Source of the DNA: Nitrosopumilus sp.
GTDB lineage: Archaea > Thermoproteota > Nitrososphaeria > Nitrososphaerales > Nitrosopumilaceae
Direction of reading: 5' to 3'
Assembly (NCBI GenBank): GCA_965206745.1
Contig: OZ242220.1
Span: 1,152,001 to 1,216,000, forward strand
Length of the DNA stretch: 64,000 bases
Position 1 is the first letter of the stretch; the number at the start of each line of letters is the position of its first letter. A model generated the notes under the pieces. The model saw only the letters and a list, made by a program, of their open reading frames with translations. It was not told the DNA's origin and made no database searches. This document shows positions 34,012 to 43,949 of the stretch, piece by piece. The position numbers were made by a program, and so were the translations under genes.

Positions 34012-37000
34012 TCAATCATATTTGTCATAAGGCTCGATTGGATCCTTTGTGGTATTATTATCTCTTAACCATTCCAATGTTTTTACAAAAGAATCAGCCA
34101 ACTCAATGGTAGTCAAGACAGGAATTCCTAATTCGAGTGATTTTCGCCTTATCAAGTATTCATCATCAAGCATTCCGACATATTTTTCCAAAGTGGACGT
34201 ACTTGGAATATTAATAATAAAGTCAATTTTCCGCTCATACAACAGATCAGATATGTTGGGTTTCCGCTCAGGTTCTGAAATTTTATGGACAATCTCAACT
34301 TGGCCGATCTTCTCCTCAAAGAATTCTGCTGTGTGTTCTGTTGCCAATATTTTGAATCCCAACTGCTTTAGTTTTGCAATAGTTGCAACTAACTTTTCCT
34401 TATTTTGCGCACCACCGACAGTTACAAGTGCAGATCCTTTGTCTGGAAGAGTGTATCCAACAGAGGTCAATCCTTTTGATAATGCGTCATAAAAGCTATT
34501 TCCAAAACATGCAGCCTCCCCAGTGGATTGCATTTCAACGCCCAATGCAATGTCGGCCCCCTCTAGTTGCATAAATGAGAATTGAGGTACCTTGATTCCA
34601 TAATTGGAGATTTTTTGCCACTTGTTTTCAGGTATTTTGGGCAGAGGCTTGTCCAATATGGCCTTGGCGGCAAGTGAAATCAGGTTTGTTTTGACCAGTT
34701 TTGATACAAAAGGCATTGAACGAGACGCCCTGATGTTGAGTTCGATCACATAGACGTGATCATCATGGATTAAAAATTGTAAATTAAACGGTCCTTTGAC
34801 GTTAAATGTTAATGCAATCTTTTTTGAGTATTCATTGATTGTCTCAATAGTTTTGTTGCTTAGACGCCATGGCGGAATGACCATCATGGCATCCCCAGAG
34901 TGAACGCCTGCACTGTCAATATGCTCCACAATTGCTCCAATGACAACCTCTTTGCCGTTACTTATGCCGTCTACATCAACCTCAAGAGAGTTTAGCATGA
35001 ACTTGGAAATGACTACGGGATGATCAGGGGACACGTCAGATGCCTCTTTGACATAGGTTTTTAGTTCTTCTTGAGACCAGACGACTTTCATTGCAGCACC
35101 AGATAAAACATATGACGGCCTTACAATTACAGGGAATTCGACATTCTGGGCAAAAGATTTTGCTTCATTTAGATTTGAAAATGCCTGCCACAATGGTTGC
35201 TGTATGTGAAGCTTGTCAAGCTCCGCACTAAATTTGGAACGGTCTTCGGCTCTGTCAACATCCTGTGCACTGGTACCCAAGATATTTACACCGTGTTGTG
35301 CAAGGTTTGGAGTTAGGTTGTTGGCAGTTTGTCCCCCAACGCATGTAATGATTCCTTTTGGGTGTTCAAATTCGATAATGTCCAGTATCCTTTCGTGGGT
35401 TAATTCTTCAAAATACAGTCTTGTGCAAATATCATAATCAGTTGAGACTGTTTCAGGATTACAGTTGACCACCGAGACATTTTTTTCCCCATTCTCTTGA
35501 AGACCCCAGACCATGTTAACTGTGCTCCAATCAAACTCAACACTGCTTCCGATTCTATACGGTCCTGCACCAAGTACAACAATTCCCTTTTCATCTGGAG
35601 GGATTACGACATCATTTGAGTATCCGCCATATGTCAAATACAGGTAGTTGGTGACTGCAGGCCATTCAGCGGCAAGTGTGTCAATCTGCTTGACAGCAGG
35701 AATTACGCCTAATTTCTTCCTCAAGTCACGTATTTGGTCAGGAGTTTTGTCTTTAGCACGTGCAATTTGCTTATCTGAAAAGCCTGTTTTTTTGGCTTCC
35801 CACATGAGGGATTCGTCAAGATTGGAATTGCTGATCTTTTCCTCAACCCTGACGATATTTTGTATCTTTTCCACAAACCAAGGATCGACTGTGGATAGTT
35901 TGTAAATTTGTTGGACTGAAATTCCCATCTTCAAAGCTATTGCAACATAATATAGAATATGATCATCATGGTGAGACAGTTTGTATTCAATCTCCTCTTC
36001 AGTGTATTTTTTTCCGTTTGAGCGATTCAGAACCAAGCCATCATTTCCAATATCCAGCATTCGAATTGCCTTTTGGAATGATTCCTCAAAGGTTCGACCT
36101 ACTGCCATCACCTCCCCTACGGATTTCATCGTGGGTCCAAGTCTTCTATTTACAAGCTCAAATTTATCAAAATCCCACCTAGGATGCTTACACACAATAT
36201 AATCCAGAGAGGGTTCAAAGCAGGCCGTAGTATTTTTGGTAATTCTATTAACAAGCTCAGATAAATTGTAACCTAGTCCAATTTTTGCAGACATGTATGC
36301 CAACGGATATCCGGTTGCTTTGCTTGCCAATGCAGATGAACGAGAAAGCCGAGGGTTAATTTCAATTGCAACGTATTTGTCAGAATCAGGAGCTAGCGCG
36401 TATTGGATATTGCATTCGCCAACTATTCCCACGTGTTTTGTGGCACGAAGTGCTGCAGAACGCAACATGTGGTATTCGTGATTGTCAATTGTTTGTGATG
36501 GTGCAACTACAATGTTATCACCAGTGTGGGCCTTCATGGATAGTACATTTTCCATATTGCAAACGATCACATTATTTCCATCATAATCTTGCATTACTTC
36601 GTATTCGATCTGTTTCCAGTGGCCAATGTATTCCTCAACTAGCACTTGGCCAACAAGACTTGCTTTGAGGCCACGCTCGACGATCTCATGTAATTCAATT
36701 TCATTATATGCAACACCGCCTCCCCGCCCTCCAAGGGTATACGCAACGCGAATAATTACAGGATAGGTTAGCTCTTTTGCAATCTTTTTTGCATCCTCAA
36801 AATTAGTTACAGTCTTACTTTTTAAAACAGGCACGTTTGATTCATTCATAGAATCTTTGAAAAGTTGCCTGTCTTCGGTTTTCTTAATGCCTGCAATCGG
36901 AGTCCCAAGTACGCTTACACCGTACTTTTTGAGTATGTCGGATTCATCGAGGTTAACTCCGCAATTCAGGGCAGTCTGCCCACCATATGCCAGCATTATT

Positions 37001-37254
37001 CCATCTGGGCGTTCCTTTTCAATAATGGATTCGACATACTCTGCATTTACTGGTAGCAGATACACTTGATCTGCAAACCTAGTGTCAGTCTGAATGGTGG
37101 CAATGTTTGGATTGATTAGTACGCTGCGGATTCCATCCTCATGTATCGCTTTAAGACACTGACTTCCAGAGTAATCAAATTCCCCGGCTTCACCGATTTT
37201 AATTGCACCGCTTCCCAATACAAGGATTTTCTTTAATGACTCATTTTTTGGCAA
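34012..37254 (-). CDS. carB: Carbamoyl-phosphate synthase large subunit
   Basis: GSGAIKIGEAGEFDYSG, two ATP-grasp domains, NPETVSTD, MGS domain. Confidence 0.97.
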   Translation of the reverse strand: MPKNESLKKILVLGSGAIKIGEAGEFDYSGSQCLKAIHEDGIRSVLINPNIATIQTDTRFADQVYLLPVNAEYVESIIEKERPDGIMLAYGGQTALNCGVNLDESDILKKYGVSVLGTPIAGIKKTEDRQLFKDSMNESNVPVLKSKTVTNFEDAKKIAKELTYPVIIRVAYTLGGRGGGVAYNEIELHEIVERGLKASLVGQVLVEEYIGHWKQIEYEVMQDYDGNNVIVCNMENVLSMKAHTGDNIVVAPSQTIDNHEYHMLRSAALRATKHVGIVGECNIQYALAPDSDKYVAIEINPRLSRSSALASKATGYPLAYMSAKIGLGYNLSELVNRITKNTTACFEPSLDYIVCKHPRWDFDKFELVNRRLGPTMKSVGEVMAVGRTFEESFQKAIRMLDIGNDGLVLNRSNGKKYTEEEIEYKLSHHDDHILYYVAIALKMGISVQQIYKLSTVDPWFVEKIQNIVRVEEKISNSNLDESLMWEAKKTGFSDKQIARAKDKTPDQIRDLRKKLGVIPAVKQIDTLAAEWPAVTNYLYLTYGGYSNDVVIPPDEKGIVVLGAGPYRIGSSVEFDWSTVNMVWGLQENGEKNVSVVNCNPETVSTDYDICTRLYFEELTHERILDIIEFEHPKGIITCVGGQTANNLTPNLAQHGVNILGTSAQDVDRAEDRSKFSAELDKLHIQQPLWQAFSNLNEAKSFAQNVEFPVIVRPSYVLSGAAMKVVWSQEELKTYVKEASDVSPDHPVVISKFMLNSLEVDVDGISNGKEVVIGAIVEHIDSAGVHSGDAMMVIPPWRLSNKTIETINEYSKKIALTFNVKGPFNLQFLIHDDHVYVIELNIRASRSMPFVSKLVKTNLISLAAKAILDKPLPKIPENKWQKISNYGIKVPQFSFMQLEGADIALGVEMQSTGEAACFGNSFYDALSKGLTSVGYTLPDKGSALVTVGGAQNKEKLVATIAKLKQLGFKILATEHTAEFFEEKIGQVEIVHKISEPERKPNISDLLYERKIDFIINIPSTSTLEKYVGMLDDEYLIRRKSLELGIPVLTTIELADSFVKTLEWLRDNNTTKDPIEPYDKYD

Positions 37255-37258
37255 TTAT

Positions 37259-38398
37259 TTATTTCTCCATTAGGTGTTTGAGCTCTTCAAAGACGAATTT
37301 GCAATCAAAAGGACCAGGTGCAGCTTCTGGATGGAACTGTACTGCAATGCAATTCTGTTGTTTGTGTTTAATCCCCTCAACTGTTTTATCATCTGCGTTT
37401 GTAAACCATAATTTGAAATCGGATCTTTCTATAGATTCAGGGGTTATGCCATACCCATGATTCTGACTTGTCACATATACTTGATTATTTTCTAAATTGA
37501 CACAGGGTTTGTTTTGACCACGATGACCATACTTTAGTTTGTAAGTTTCGGTGTTTCCCGCAATACCAATAATTTGTGCACCCAAACAGATACCAAGGGT
37601 AGGAACATTGTTTTTAATTAATTTTTTGGCAGTCTCAATCGTGTCAGGACATTTTTGCGGATCCCCAGGTCCGCTACTGAGAATAACACCGCAAGGATTG
37701 TAAGACATTATTTTTTCATAAGTGGTATTCCAAGGGACTAAAATTGCCTTGTAACCCAATTCACGAACATTTCTAATAATAGCATTTTTTGCACCTGTGT
37801 CAATTACAACGACAGATTTTTCCTCATTTCCATAGATTCGTGCTTCCTTTGTAGAGACTGCATCCATGAATTGTTCTGAATCATAGTGTTTTGCAGACTC
37901 TAGTTGTTTTTTAACGGATTCAACGTCTATCTCAGCATCAGAGACGACCAGAGCGGCCATCATCACTCCGCCAGTTCGAAGCTTTTTGGTTAATTCACGG
38001 GTATCGATTCCAGAAATGCCCGGCACCCCTTCATTGTTCATCCATTCATCCAAAGTCATCGAGAGGTTCCAATGGCTTGCAGTCAGGGATAGCTCATGTA
38101 CGACCAAGCCGCGAATCTGTATTTTGTCAGATTCAAAGAATTTTGAGATTCCATCATCATCAGCAATTGATGGATCAGGAATGCCATAATTCCCAACAAG
38201 CGGATAAGTCAAAGTAAGGATTTGGCCATTGTAGGAGGGATCAGTTAATGCCTCAGTATATCCAACCATCCCAGTATTGAAGACAATCTCTCCAAAAACA
38301 GACGTGGAATATCCAAAGCCCTGACCATCAAGAACGGTACCATCATCAAAAATGAGTTTTCCAAACTTGTTTGCGTGGCTTGATTTCTTTATAGTAAT
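37259..38398 (-). CDS. carA: Carbamoyl-phosphate synthase small subunit (start probably non-AUG, ATT 38398 or ATA 38392)
   Basis: KLIFDDGTVLDGQGFG...GEIVFNTGMVGY continues in frame upstream of the first ATG (38269); GICLG, QFHPE. Confidence 0.93.
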   Translation of the reverse strand: MTIKKSSHANKFGKLIFDDGTVLDGQGFGYSTSVFGEIVFNTGMVGYTEALTDPSYNGQILTLTYPLVGNYGIPDPSIADDDGISKFFESDKIQIRGLVVHELSLTASHWNLSMTLDEWMNNEGVPGISGIDTRELTKKLRTGGVMMAALVVSDAEIDVESVKKQLESAKHYDSEQFMDAVSTKEARIYGNEEKSVVVIDTGAKNAIIRNVRELGYKAILVPWNTTYEKIMSYNPCGVILSSGPGDPQKCPDTIETAKKLIKNNVPTLGICLGAQIIGIAGNTETYKLKYGHRGQNKPCVNLENNQVYVTSQNHGYGITPESIERSDFKLWFTNADDKTVEGIKHKQQNCIAVQFHPEAAPGPFDCKFVFEELKHLMEK

Positions 38399-38488
38399 TG
38401 TGACCCTCGTAAAGTCCGAGTTACTATGAATTTAAGTTTTATGCGTAAATAGAATTCAAATGGCTGATCGCAAGGTAAAATTGAGCAA

Positions 38489-39682
38489 TCAAAGAGCTTG
38501 GAACTCGTCGCTCCATTTATGATAAGCACGAATCATTTCAAGCGACACGCTAGGTTTTCGCCTCTCCATGATGTCTTTAAAATCAGCTGTGGTGAGTTCT
38601 CTTGGCTGAAGTGGCGCCTCACCTTCAACGGGTTCATGATAATCAGGGGCATCGAAAATTTCATGTACGGTCTTAATCTGGGCTGCCTGGCAGACATCTT
38701 TGATATCACTTGCACTATACCCATCAAATAATTTTGCCAATTCAGTATTGTTGACTTTGTAATTTTTACTCAGAGGGGCAGTGTATTGTTCAAACAGATT
38801 TTCCCTGGCTTCCAGAGTAGGCAATGATACGTAAATTCTCTTTTGGAATCTTCGAAGGAATGGCCAATCAAGACTCCAAGGCTTGTTTGTTGCGCCAATC
38901 ACATACAACATCAATTGTTTTCCCTTTCCATTGACCCCGTCCATCTCAGTCAAGAATTGGTTTTTAGTTCTAACTTCCCCCCCGACTTCGCTATTTCTAG
39001 AGCCTAACAAGGAATCAACTTCATCTACAAACAAAATAACGGGTTTGTTTTCTTTCTCAGCATACTGTCTTGCCATAGCAAATAATTTTGAAACATTCTT
39101 TTCTGCCTCACCAAGCCATTTGCTCATCATGGATGAGGCATCTACGTTTATGAAATATCCATCCATCTCATTTGCAGTGGCAGCTGCAAGCATTGTCTTT
39201 CCAGTTCCCGGCGGACCATAAAGCAACATTCCTTTTGGCCATCCAAGAGGAAACAGATGAGGTACTTTGGTAGGATATACGATTGATTCACGTAATGCTC
39301 TTTTGGCATCATCTAAACCAATTACCTGATCCCATGTGACATCAGGTTTTTCTTTCATTATTAGTTCTTCAAAATCATTTTCATTTTCTTGCCTCTGAAC
39401 AGATTTCTTTTGTTCATCTACAGATGCCTTTGGATCAACTGCAGGCTCAACGCCATGAGATTGCTGCAAAGATTGAATTCTATTATGGTAGGAGTTACAT
39501 CGTTCTTTGTAAATTTGATTCAGTTTGCTAGTCGGATAAAGCTGTAGTAATTTTACGAGTGAGTCTATTGCCTGCTGATAGTGGGTAATTGCCATTCCGC
39601 GCGCACCTTGGGAATCAAACTTGATGGCTTCAGAAGCATAACGGCTTGCTGTGTTTTCCAATTCTTGTGGGGCCAGACTCAT
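38489..39682 (-). CDS. cdvC: CdvC / Vps4 AAA+ ATPase
   Basis: N-terminal MIT domain (A..AIK.D..G....AI..Y..AI..L), GPPGTGKT, SKWLGEAEK, FVDEVD, RRFQKRIY. Confidence 0.93.
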   Translation of the reverse strand: MSLAPQELENTASRYASEAIKFDSQGARGMAITHYQQAIDSLVKLLQLYPTSKLNQIYKERCNSYHNRIQSLQQSHGVEPAVDPKASVDEQKKSVQRQENENDFEELIMKEKPDVTWDQVIGLDDAKRALRESIVYPTKVPHLFPLGWPKGMLLYGPPGTGKTMLAAATANEMDGYFINVDASSMMSKWLGEAEKNVSKLFAMARQYAEKENKPVILFVDEVDSLLGSRNSEVGGEVRTKNQFLTEMDGVNGKGKQLMLYVIGATNKPWSLDWPFLRRFQKRIYVSLPTLEARENLFEQYTAPLSKNYKVNNTELAKLFDGYSASDIKDVCQAAQIKTVHEIFDAPDYHEPVEGEAPLQPRELTTADFKDIMERRKPSVSLEMIRAYHKWSDEFQAL

Positions 39683-39691
39683 TTTAATTAC

Positions 39692-40177
39692 CTACGCAGT
39701 CTCCTCTTGAGAATTTTGTTGGTATTCTACGGTGTTAATGTCTGTCACAAAATTGGTTAAATTAATTGCACTTGTTTCATGCTTATTATAGTCAGGTCCA
39801 TCACGGTACTTTTTTTTAAAATCAGACTTGTCAGAGATATGGGCATGCATATCCTTGACCTTGTTAATAGAGTCCTCAGCTGAGATTATCAACTCGGAGA
39901 CCTCATCATCCAAATTTTCAAGGGAACTGGCAGTTTCGTTGATTATCAAGGCAAAATGCTTCAGAATCAAGCGCATCTCTTTTTTATCGGCATATTTGCA
40001 CAGCATAAAATCAGCAATTCCGACAATTTTGTTCAAATCCTGCAATTCTTCTAAAGAAAGCTTCTCAATGGCAGAGTCCTCAGATGGCCTTACTTTAGAT
40101 AGCTTTTTGTCAATTTTTGAGGAGATGGACCTAATACGTTCAATGTCTTTTGAAAAATCTCGTTTTTGATTTAGCAT
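39692..40177 (-). CDS. hypothetical coiled-coil protein co-oriented with cdvC
   Basis: 161-aa helical ORF between the CdvB-like gene and cdvC. Confidence 0.7.
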   Translation of the reverse strand: MLNQKRDFSKDIERIRSISSKIDKKLSKVRPSEDSAIEKLSLEELQDLNKIVGIADFMLCKYADKKEMRLILKHFALIINETASSLENLDDEVSELIISAEDSINKVKDMHAHISDKSDFKKKYRDGPDYNKHETSAINLTNFVTDINTVEYQQNSQEETA

Positions 40178-40178
40178 C

Positions 40179-40715
40179 TCAGGTATTGCATAATTTCAAA
40201 AAATCAAGATTAGGGTACTGCTTACTTAATTTAGAGCACGCCATCAATTTTACTTTATTAAGATTGATGGATGACTCTGAATTTGAGTGGCCAAAATCGA
40301 ATTTGGAGGTCATAAGAGCAGCAGAATCTATTGCAATACTGCCCAAATGGACAGATAACTCAGATAATTTTTGGCTACAGTTTGGAACAACATTAAACAG
40401 TTGTGCGCTGACGGTCCGGATCATGGGAATTACGGAAGGTAAAACTTCAGGGATATTTCCTATATTGGAGATTTGCTCCACGTTCTTTTTCACATAAAGC
40501 AGGGTTTCCAAGGAAAACACCACAAGATACTCTAGTTTCAAGGCGTCAACTTCAAGTTTGTCTGATTCATCAAAATCAAGGATCAAGTCAGCGTTTGATT
40601 TTTTTAATCGGATTCGCTTATCGAAGAGAACGCCGATGATATCATCTAAGAGATTTACAGAGTATTTCAATCTAGGAACAAGGGTCACAGAATGGGAGAT
40701 ATTTTCAAGTTCCAT
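40179..40715 (-). CDS. divergent ESCRT-III / CdvB (Snf7-like) paralogue
   Basis: LE.....VEQISNIGNIPEVLPSVIPMIRTVSAQLFNVVPNCSQKLSELSVHLGSI..DS and C-terminal ESSINL......SKLSKQYPNL follow the CdvB helical pattern; operonic with cdvC. Confidence 0.6.
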   Translation of the reverse strand: MELENISHSVTLVPRLKYSVNLLDDIIGVLFDKRIRLKKSNADLILDFDESDKLEVDALKLEYLVVFSLETLLYVKKNVEQISNIGNIPEVLPSVIPMIRTVSAQLFNVVPNCSQKLSELSVHLGSIAIDSAALMTSKFDFGHSNSESSINLNKVKLMACSKLSKQYPNLDFLKLCNT

Positions 40716-40779
40716 TGGGTTGACACAGTATTTTACCAACATAACAAATAGCACTTTCAGATTTCATATATGAGCACTG

Positions 40780-40826
40780 TGTATCAAATAATTTAGTAAC
40801 CACAGTTACACCTGCCAGCAGATACA
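40780..40826. promoter_or_regulatory. nested inverted repeats TGTATC...GTAAC-caca-GTTAC...GATACA in the divergent cdv/trmB promoter
   Basis: Inner palindrome 40796-40809; outer arms 40780-40785 and 40821-40826 share nearly the same centre. Confidence 0.35.
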
Positions 40827-40901
40827 ATTTTGATTTTTTTTGAGTATTTGTGTAAAGGAATTTAGCTCTCAATTTTACCTAATAATAAATCAAGGTTAAT
40901 C

Positions 40902-42062
40902 ATGGCAAATGAGCACGTTTTAACAGTCAGTCTTGAGGAATTTGGGTTAAGCAAGTACGAGGCACAGGCATATGTGGCATTAATCTCAAAAGGCACCATT
41001 TCAGCAGGGGAGCTGGCATATTATTCAGAGATTCCACGGACGAAAATTTATCCGACGCTACTGAAACTAGAAAATAAAAAGCTGGTAATTATTTCAAAAA
41101 GCAAGCCAATCATGTGCACGGCAATTGCACCAGAGGATGCTTTTGATGGCATAATTCATGAGCAAATCAACAAGGTAAATGCGATGAATGCGTTGATTTC
41201 AAATTTAAAGAAGACAAGTGAGGAAAGCAGGAAATCTAGGGGTTCAGAAGAAAAGAGGTATTTTCATATGAGTGCAAACAATGTCTTGCCACAGCTACAA
41301 ACAATGATTGACGGTTCAAAGTCATCAATCAAGATCATGACAGACCAGTGGGGATTAGGGCTATTAGCAGAATGCAAAGACCAGTTATTATCAGTATTAC
41401 GCCGCAATCTAGATGTCAAAGTTCTAGTATCACCATCACAGATCTGTTCTGAATCATTTAGAGTGATTCCAGACGAAGTGGAGATCAGAGCATCGGAGAT
41501 CACACAGAACTGCTTTATTTTTGATGAGACAGAGTTACTGATAATAAACAACAGCAACGGCAAAGGGGCCATTTTCTCATCTACAGAAATTCTAGGAACG
41601 AATCAAGAAAAAGTATTTTCAAATATCTGGAAGAACGCGACAAAAACCAAAGCTCTGGCAGACATGACAAAAACTGAAGCACAGGAGATTTACAAGATCA
41701 TCAAAATTGTCAACGAGACAGGTCTAATGTACTTGCTAAACTCGACAATGATAACTAAAAAACCGGAGGCAGACATGTTTAAACTTTTAGAAAAAAATGG
41801 AATAGCATTAAAATCAAAAACATTGGACGACATGATTGGAATGATGGATGCCGTGATGCAGATTACATGCTCAGGCCATGTTAATTTCGAGGCAAATACC
41901 AAAAACATCACAATAGAGTCAAAATTAAACAGCGGTCATTCACTGCCGTGGGCATCTATTTTAGATGGATGTCTTCAAAAACAGGGATACAAAACAAGAA
42001 CAGTGTATCAGAACAATTCGGCCAAAGGTGAAAAAATCCATATCAAAATAAGTAAAAATTAG
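40902..42062 (+). CDS. TrmB family transcriptional regulator
   Basis: FGLSKYEAQAYVAL, A.ELA..SEIPRTKIY..L..LE.K.LV; PLD-like effector domain. Confidence 0.92.
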   Translation: MANEHVLTVSLEEFGLSKYEAQAYVALISKGTISAGELAYYSEIPRTKIYPTLLKLENKKLVIISKSKPIMCTAIAPEDAFDGIIHEQINKVNAMNALISNLKKTSEESRKSRGSEEKRYFHMSANNVLPQLQTMIDGSKSSIKIMTDQWGLGLLAECKDQLLSVLRRNLDVKVLVSPSQICSESFRVIPDEVEIRASEITQNCFIFDETELLIINNSNGKGAIFSSTEILGTNQEKVFSNIWKNATKTKALADMTKTEAQEIYKIIKIVNETGLMYLLNSTMITKKPEADMFKLLEKNGIALKSKTLDDMIGMMDAVMQITCSGHVNFEANTKNITIESKLNSGHSLPWASILDGCLQKQGYKTRTVYQNNSAKGEKIHIKISKN

Positions 42063-42445
42063 AAGAAAGACAGAACACACCAAAAAGCTTGGGGCATTCA
42101 GTTTTTTGAGATTATCACAGGAGAGTCAGATGTGCTTTGAAGACAGATTTGCCCTCTACAAACATGTGTGATTCTTTTGCCAATTTTGCATAAATGCCGT
42201 CACGATGCCAGATTAACTCCATAGTAGAGAGGTTATCTTGGCAAAATATCTGTTTAATGCCTGCCCATCTAATTCTTCATCATGAAATAACAACGCAATG
42301 TCGAATTTACAACAGATGCCCATGTAAAACAGGTAAGAAGTGTACAGGATGTCTCGTTTTCACACCTGCAAAGCATCAACAGGCTCCATGAAGCACAAAA
42401 TTTCCAGGTCATCACCAATAAATAATTCCAATCAATGGATATAGC

Positions 42446-43051
42446 ATGCAAACGATTTCAATTGATTATATTTTGGAATGTATGAATGATGAAAGAAATT
42501 ATTTTGGAGATTTGTGGAAAATCTGCTTGAATGATAAAAAGAGGTTTAACCAAAGCAAATTAAAAGAAATTTTGAAAAAAATGGAAGTGTTAGGCCACAT
42601 AAAAAAACACGGATACAAAGATAACGCATACTATGAAAAATATTATCATTACTCATTTGAGGAAAACATCGGATTTATCAACAATATTATTTTCACATAT
42701 GAATCTAAGATAAATTCAGCGATAAAGAGATTAGAAAACAAAAAGATATTTTTAGACATATCAAAAGATCTCAATTCATACAAATTCAGCAAATATACAA
42801 AATTAGAGTACGAGTCATTGCTGACAAACATGGCAAGCATGTTTGAGTTGGCATCGTCAATTTTATGGACTAGAGAAAACAGCCAGGATGATCAATTAAA
42901 AAAAGAGATAGCAAATTGCTTTAAACAGATCAATGAGTTCACAGAAGGAATAAATCAGAGATTACTTGAGGGCAGAAAGACACAAGAGAGAATATTATTG
43001 CAGAGGGATTTTACCAGTAAAATTCCAAAAGCAGGGCACTTAAAAATTTAA
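42446..43051 (+). CDS. hypothetical protein with possible N-terminal winged helix, AT-rich
   Basis: 201 aa; FGDLWK...FNQSKLKEILKKME..GHI.K pattern. Confidence 0.6.
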   Translation: MQTISIDYILECMNDERNYFGDLWKICLNDKKRFNQSKLKEILKKMEVLGHIKKHGYKDNAYYEKYYHYSFEENIGFINNIIFTYESKINSAIKRLENKKIFLDISKDLNSYKFSKYTKLEYESLLTNMASMFELASSILWTRENSQDDQLKKEIANCFKQINEFTEGINQRLLEGRKTQERILLQRDFTSKIPKAGHLKI

Positions 43052-43066
43052 AATCAGCAAGTGTCA

Positions 43067-43174
43067 CTAGGGACATTTACTAAATCCCCACCATGCTTCT
43101 CTAGGGACAGATATCAAATCCCCCACACATGCAATATCTTCAAACCTTGAATCTAAAAAACTACCACAAGTCAT
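43067..43174 (-). CDS. possible micro-protein MTCGSFLDSRFEDIACVGDLISVPREAWWGFSKCP (35 aa)
   Basis: ATG 43174 in the non-overlapping tail of the antisense ORF 43067-43711; 3 Cys and a WW pair. Confidence 0.4.
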   Translation of the reverse strand: MTCGSFLDSRFEDIACVGDLISVPREAWWGFSKCP

Positions 43175-43217
43175 ATTTCTAAATACTAAAATCAGACTAA
43201 AATCAAGCATTAGAATC

Positions 43218-43673
43218 TTGATTGAAGAAAAACTCGAATCAATGGGAGTCAGACTTCCAAATCCACCCACACCGGCAGGATCATACGTACCAGCAACACG
43301 GACGGGAAATCTGCTATTTATCTCAGGCCAAATACCAATGAAAGATGGAAAGGTAATTTTTACAGGAAAGGTTTCAGATGACAATTTAGAGATCGCACAG
43401 AAATCCGCAAGAATGTGTGCAATCAATATTATTGCCCAGATAAAGAGAGAGATGGGAAGCTTGGACAAGGTTACAAAAATCGTAAAGATCTCAGGATTTG
43501 TAAATTCCATGCCAAATTTCACGCAACATCCCAAAGTCATCAACCCAGCATCAGATCTGTTCTTTGAAGTATTTGGTGAGAAAGGAAAGCATTCTAGAGT
43601 TGCAGTAGGAGTAGCCTGCCTACCGTTAGATTCAATGACTGAGATTGACGCAGTTGTAGAGTTTTCAGAATAA
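43218..43673 (+). CDS. RidA/YjgF/UK114 family protein
   Basis: P.PAGSYVP, LFISGQIP, VINPASDL..EVFGE.G.HSR.AVGV..LP. Confidence 0.92.
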   Translation: MIEEKLESMGVRLPNPPTPAGSYVPATRTGNLLFISGQIPMKDGKVIFTGKVSDDNLEIAQKSARMCAINIIAQIKREMGSLDKVTKIVKISGFVNSMPNFTQHPKVINPASDLFFEVFGEKGKHSRVAVGVACLPLDSMTEIDAVVEFSE

Positions 43674-43676
43674 ACA

Positions 43677-43720
43677 ATCTGGAAAACATATGGAAAGTAT
43701 ATGGAAAGCATCTGGAAATT
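43677..43720 (+). promoter_or_regulatory. four 11-bp direct repeats (ATmTGGAAAnn) abutting a TATA box
   Basis: atctggaaaac/atatggaaagt/atatggaaagc/atctggaaatt, then TTTAAATA at 43723-43730 and ATG at 43752. Confidence 0.6.
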
Positions 43721-43751
43721 ATTTTAAATAGATTTTTGAGATAATACGTTC

Positions 43752-43949
43752 ATGGTACAGATGTGTCGGGGAATATGTGGACGCATAAAAACAACATCAT
43801 TTGCAAATAATTTACGATATAAGGTTGGACAGAGATGGTGTTCATTGTGTGCATTATTTTTCTTTACCGAGGGAAGTACGTGTCCGTGTTGTAGAACAAG
43901 GCTCAGAACTAAAGCTAGGGGCAAAAAACATGAATTGCCCAGAATGTAA
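43752..43949 (+). CDS. small Cys-rich zinc-binding protein (AOA family)
   Basis: CRGIC, RY..GQRWCSLC, CPCC...LR; good TATA spacing. Confidence 0.75.
   Translation: MVQMCRGICGRIKTTSFANNLRYKVGQRWCSLCALFFFTEGSTCPCCRTRLRTKARGKKHELPRM

Noticed and set aside
42194-42451. Short Cys-containing ORFs on both strands
   Set aside because: No motif, no clear promoter, mutually overlapping; likely spurious
43175-43711. 214-aa minus-strand ORF
   Set aside because: Antisense shadow of the RidA gene; only the non-overlapping 35-aa tail is considered
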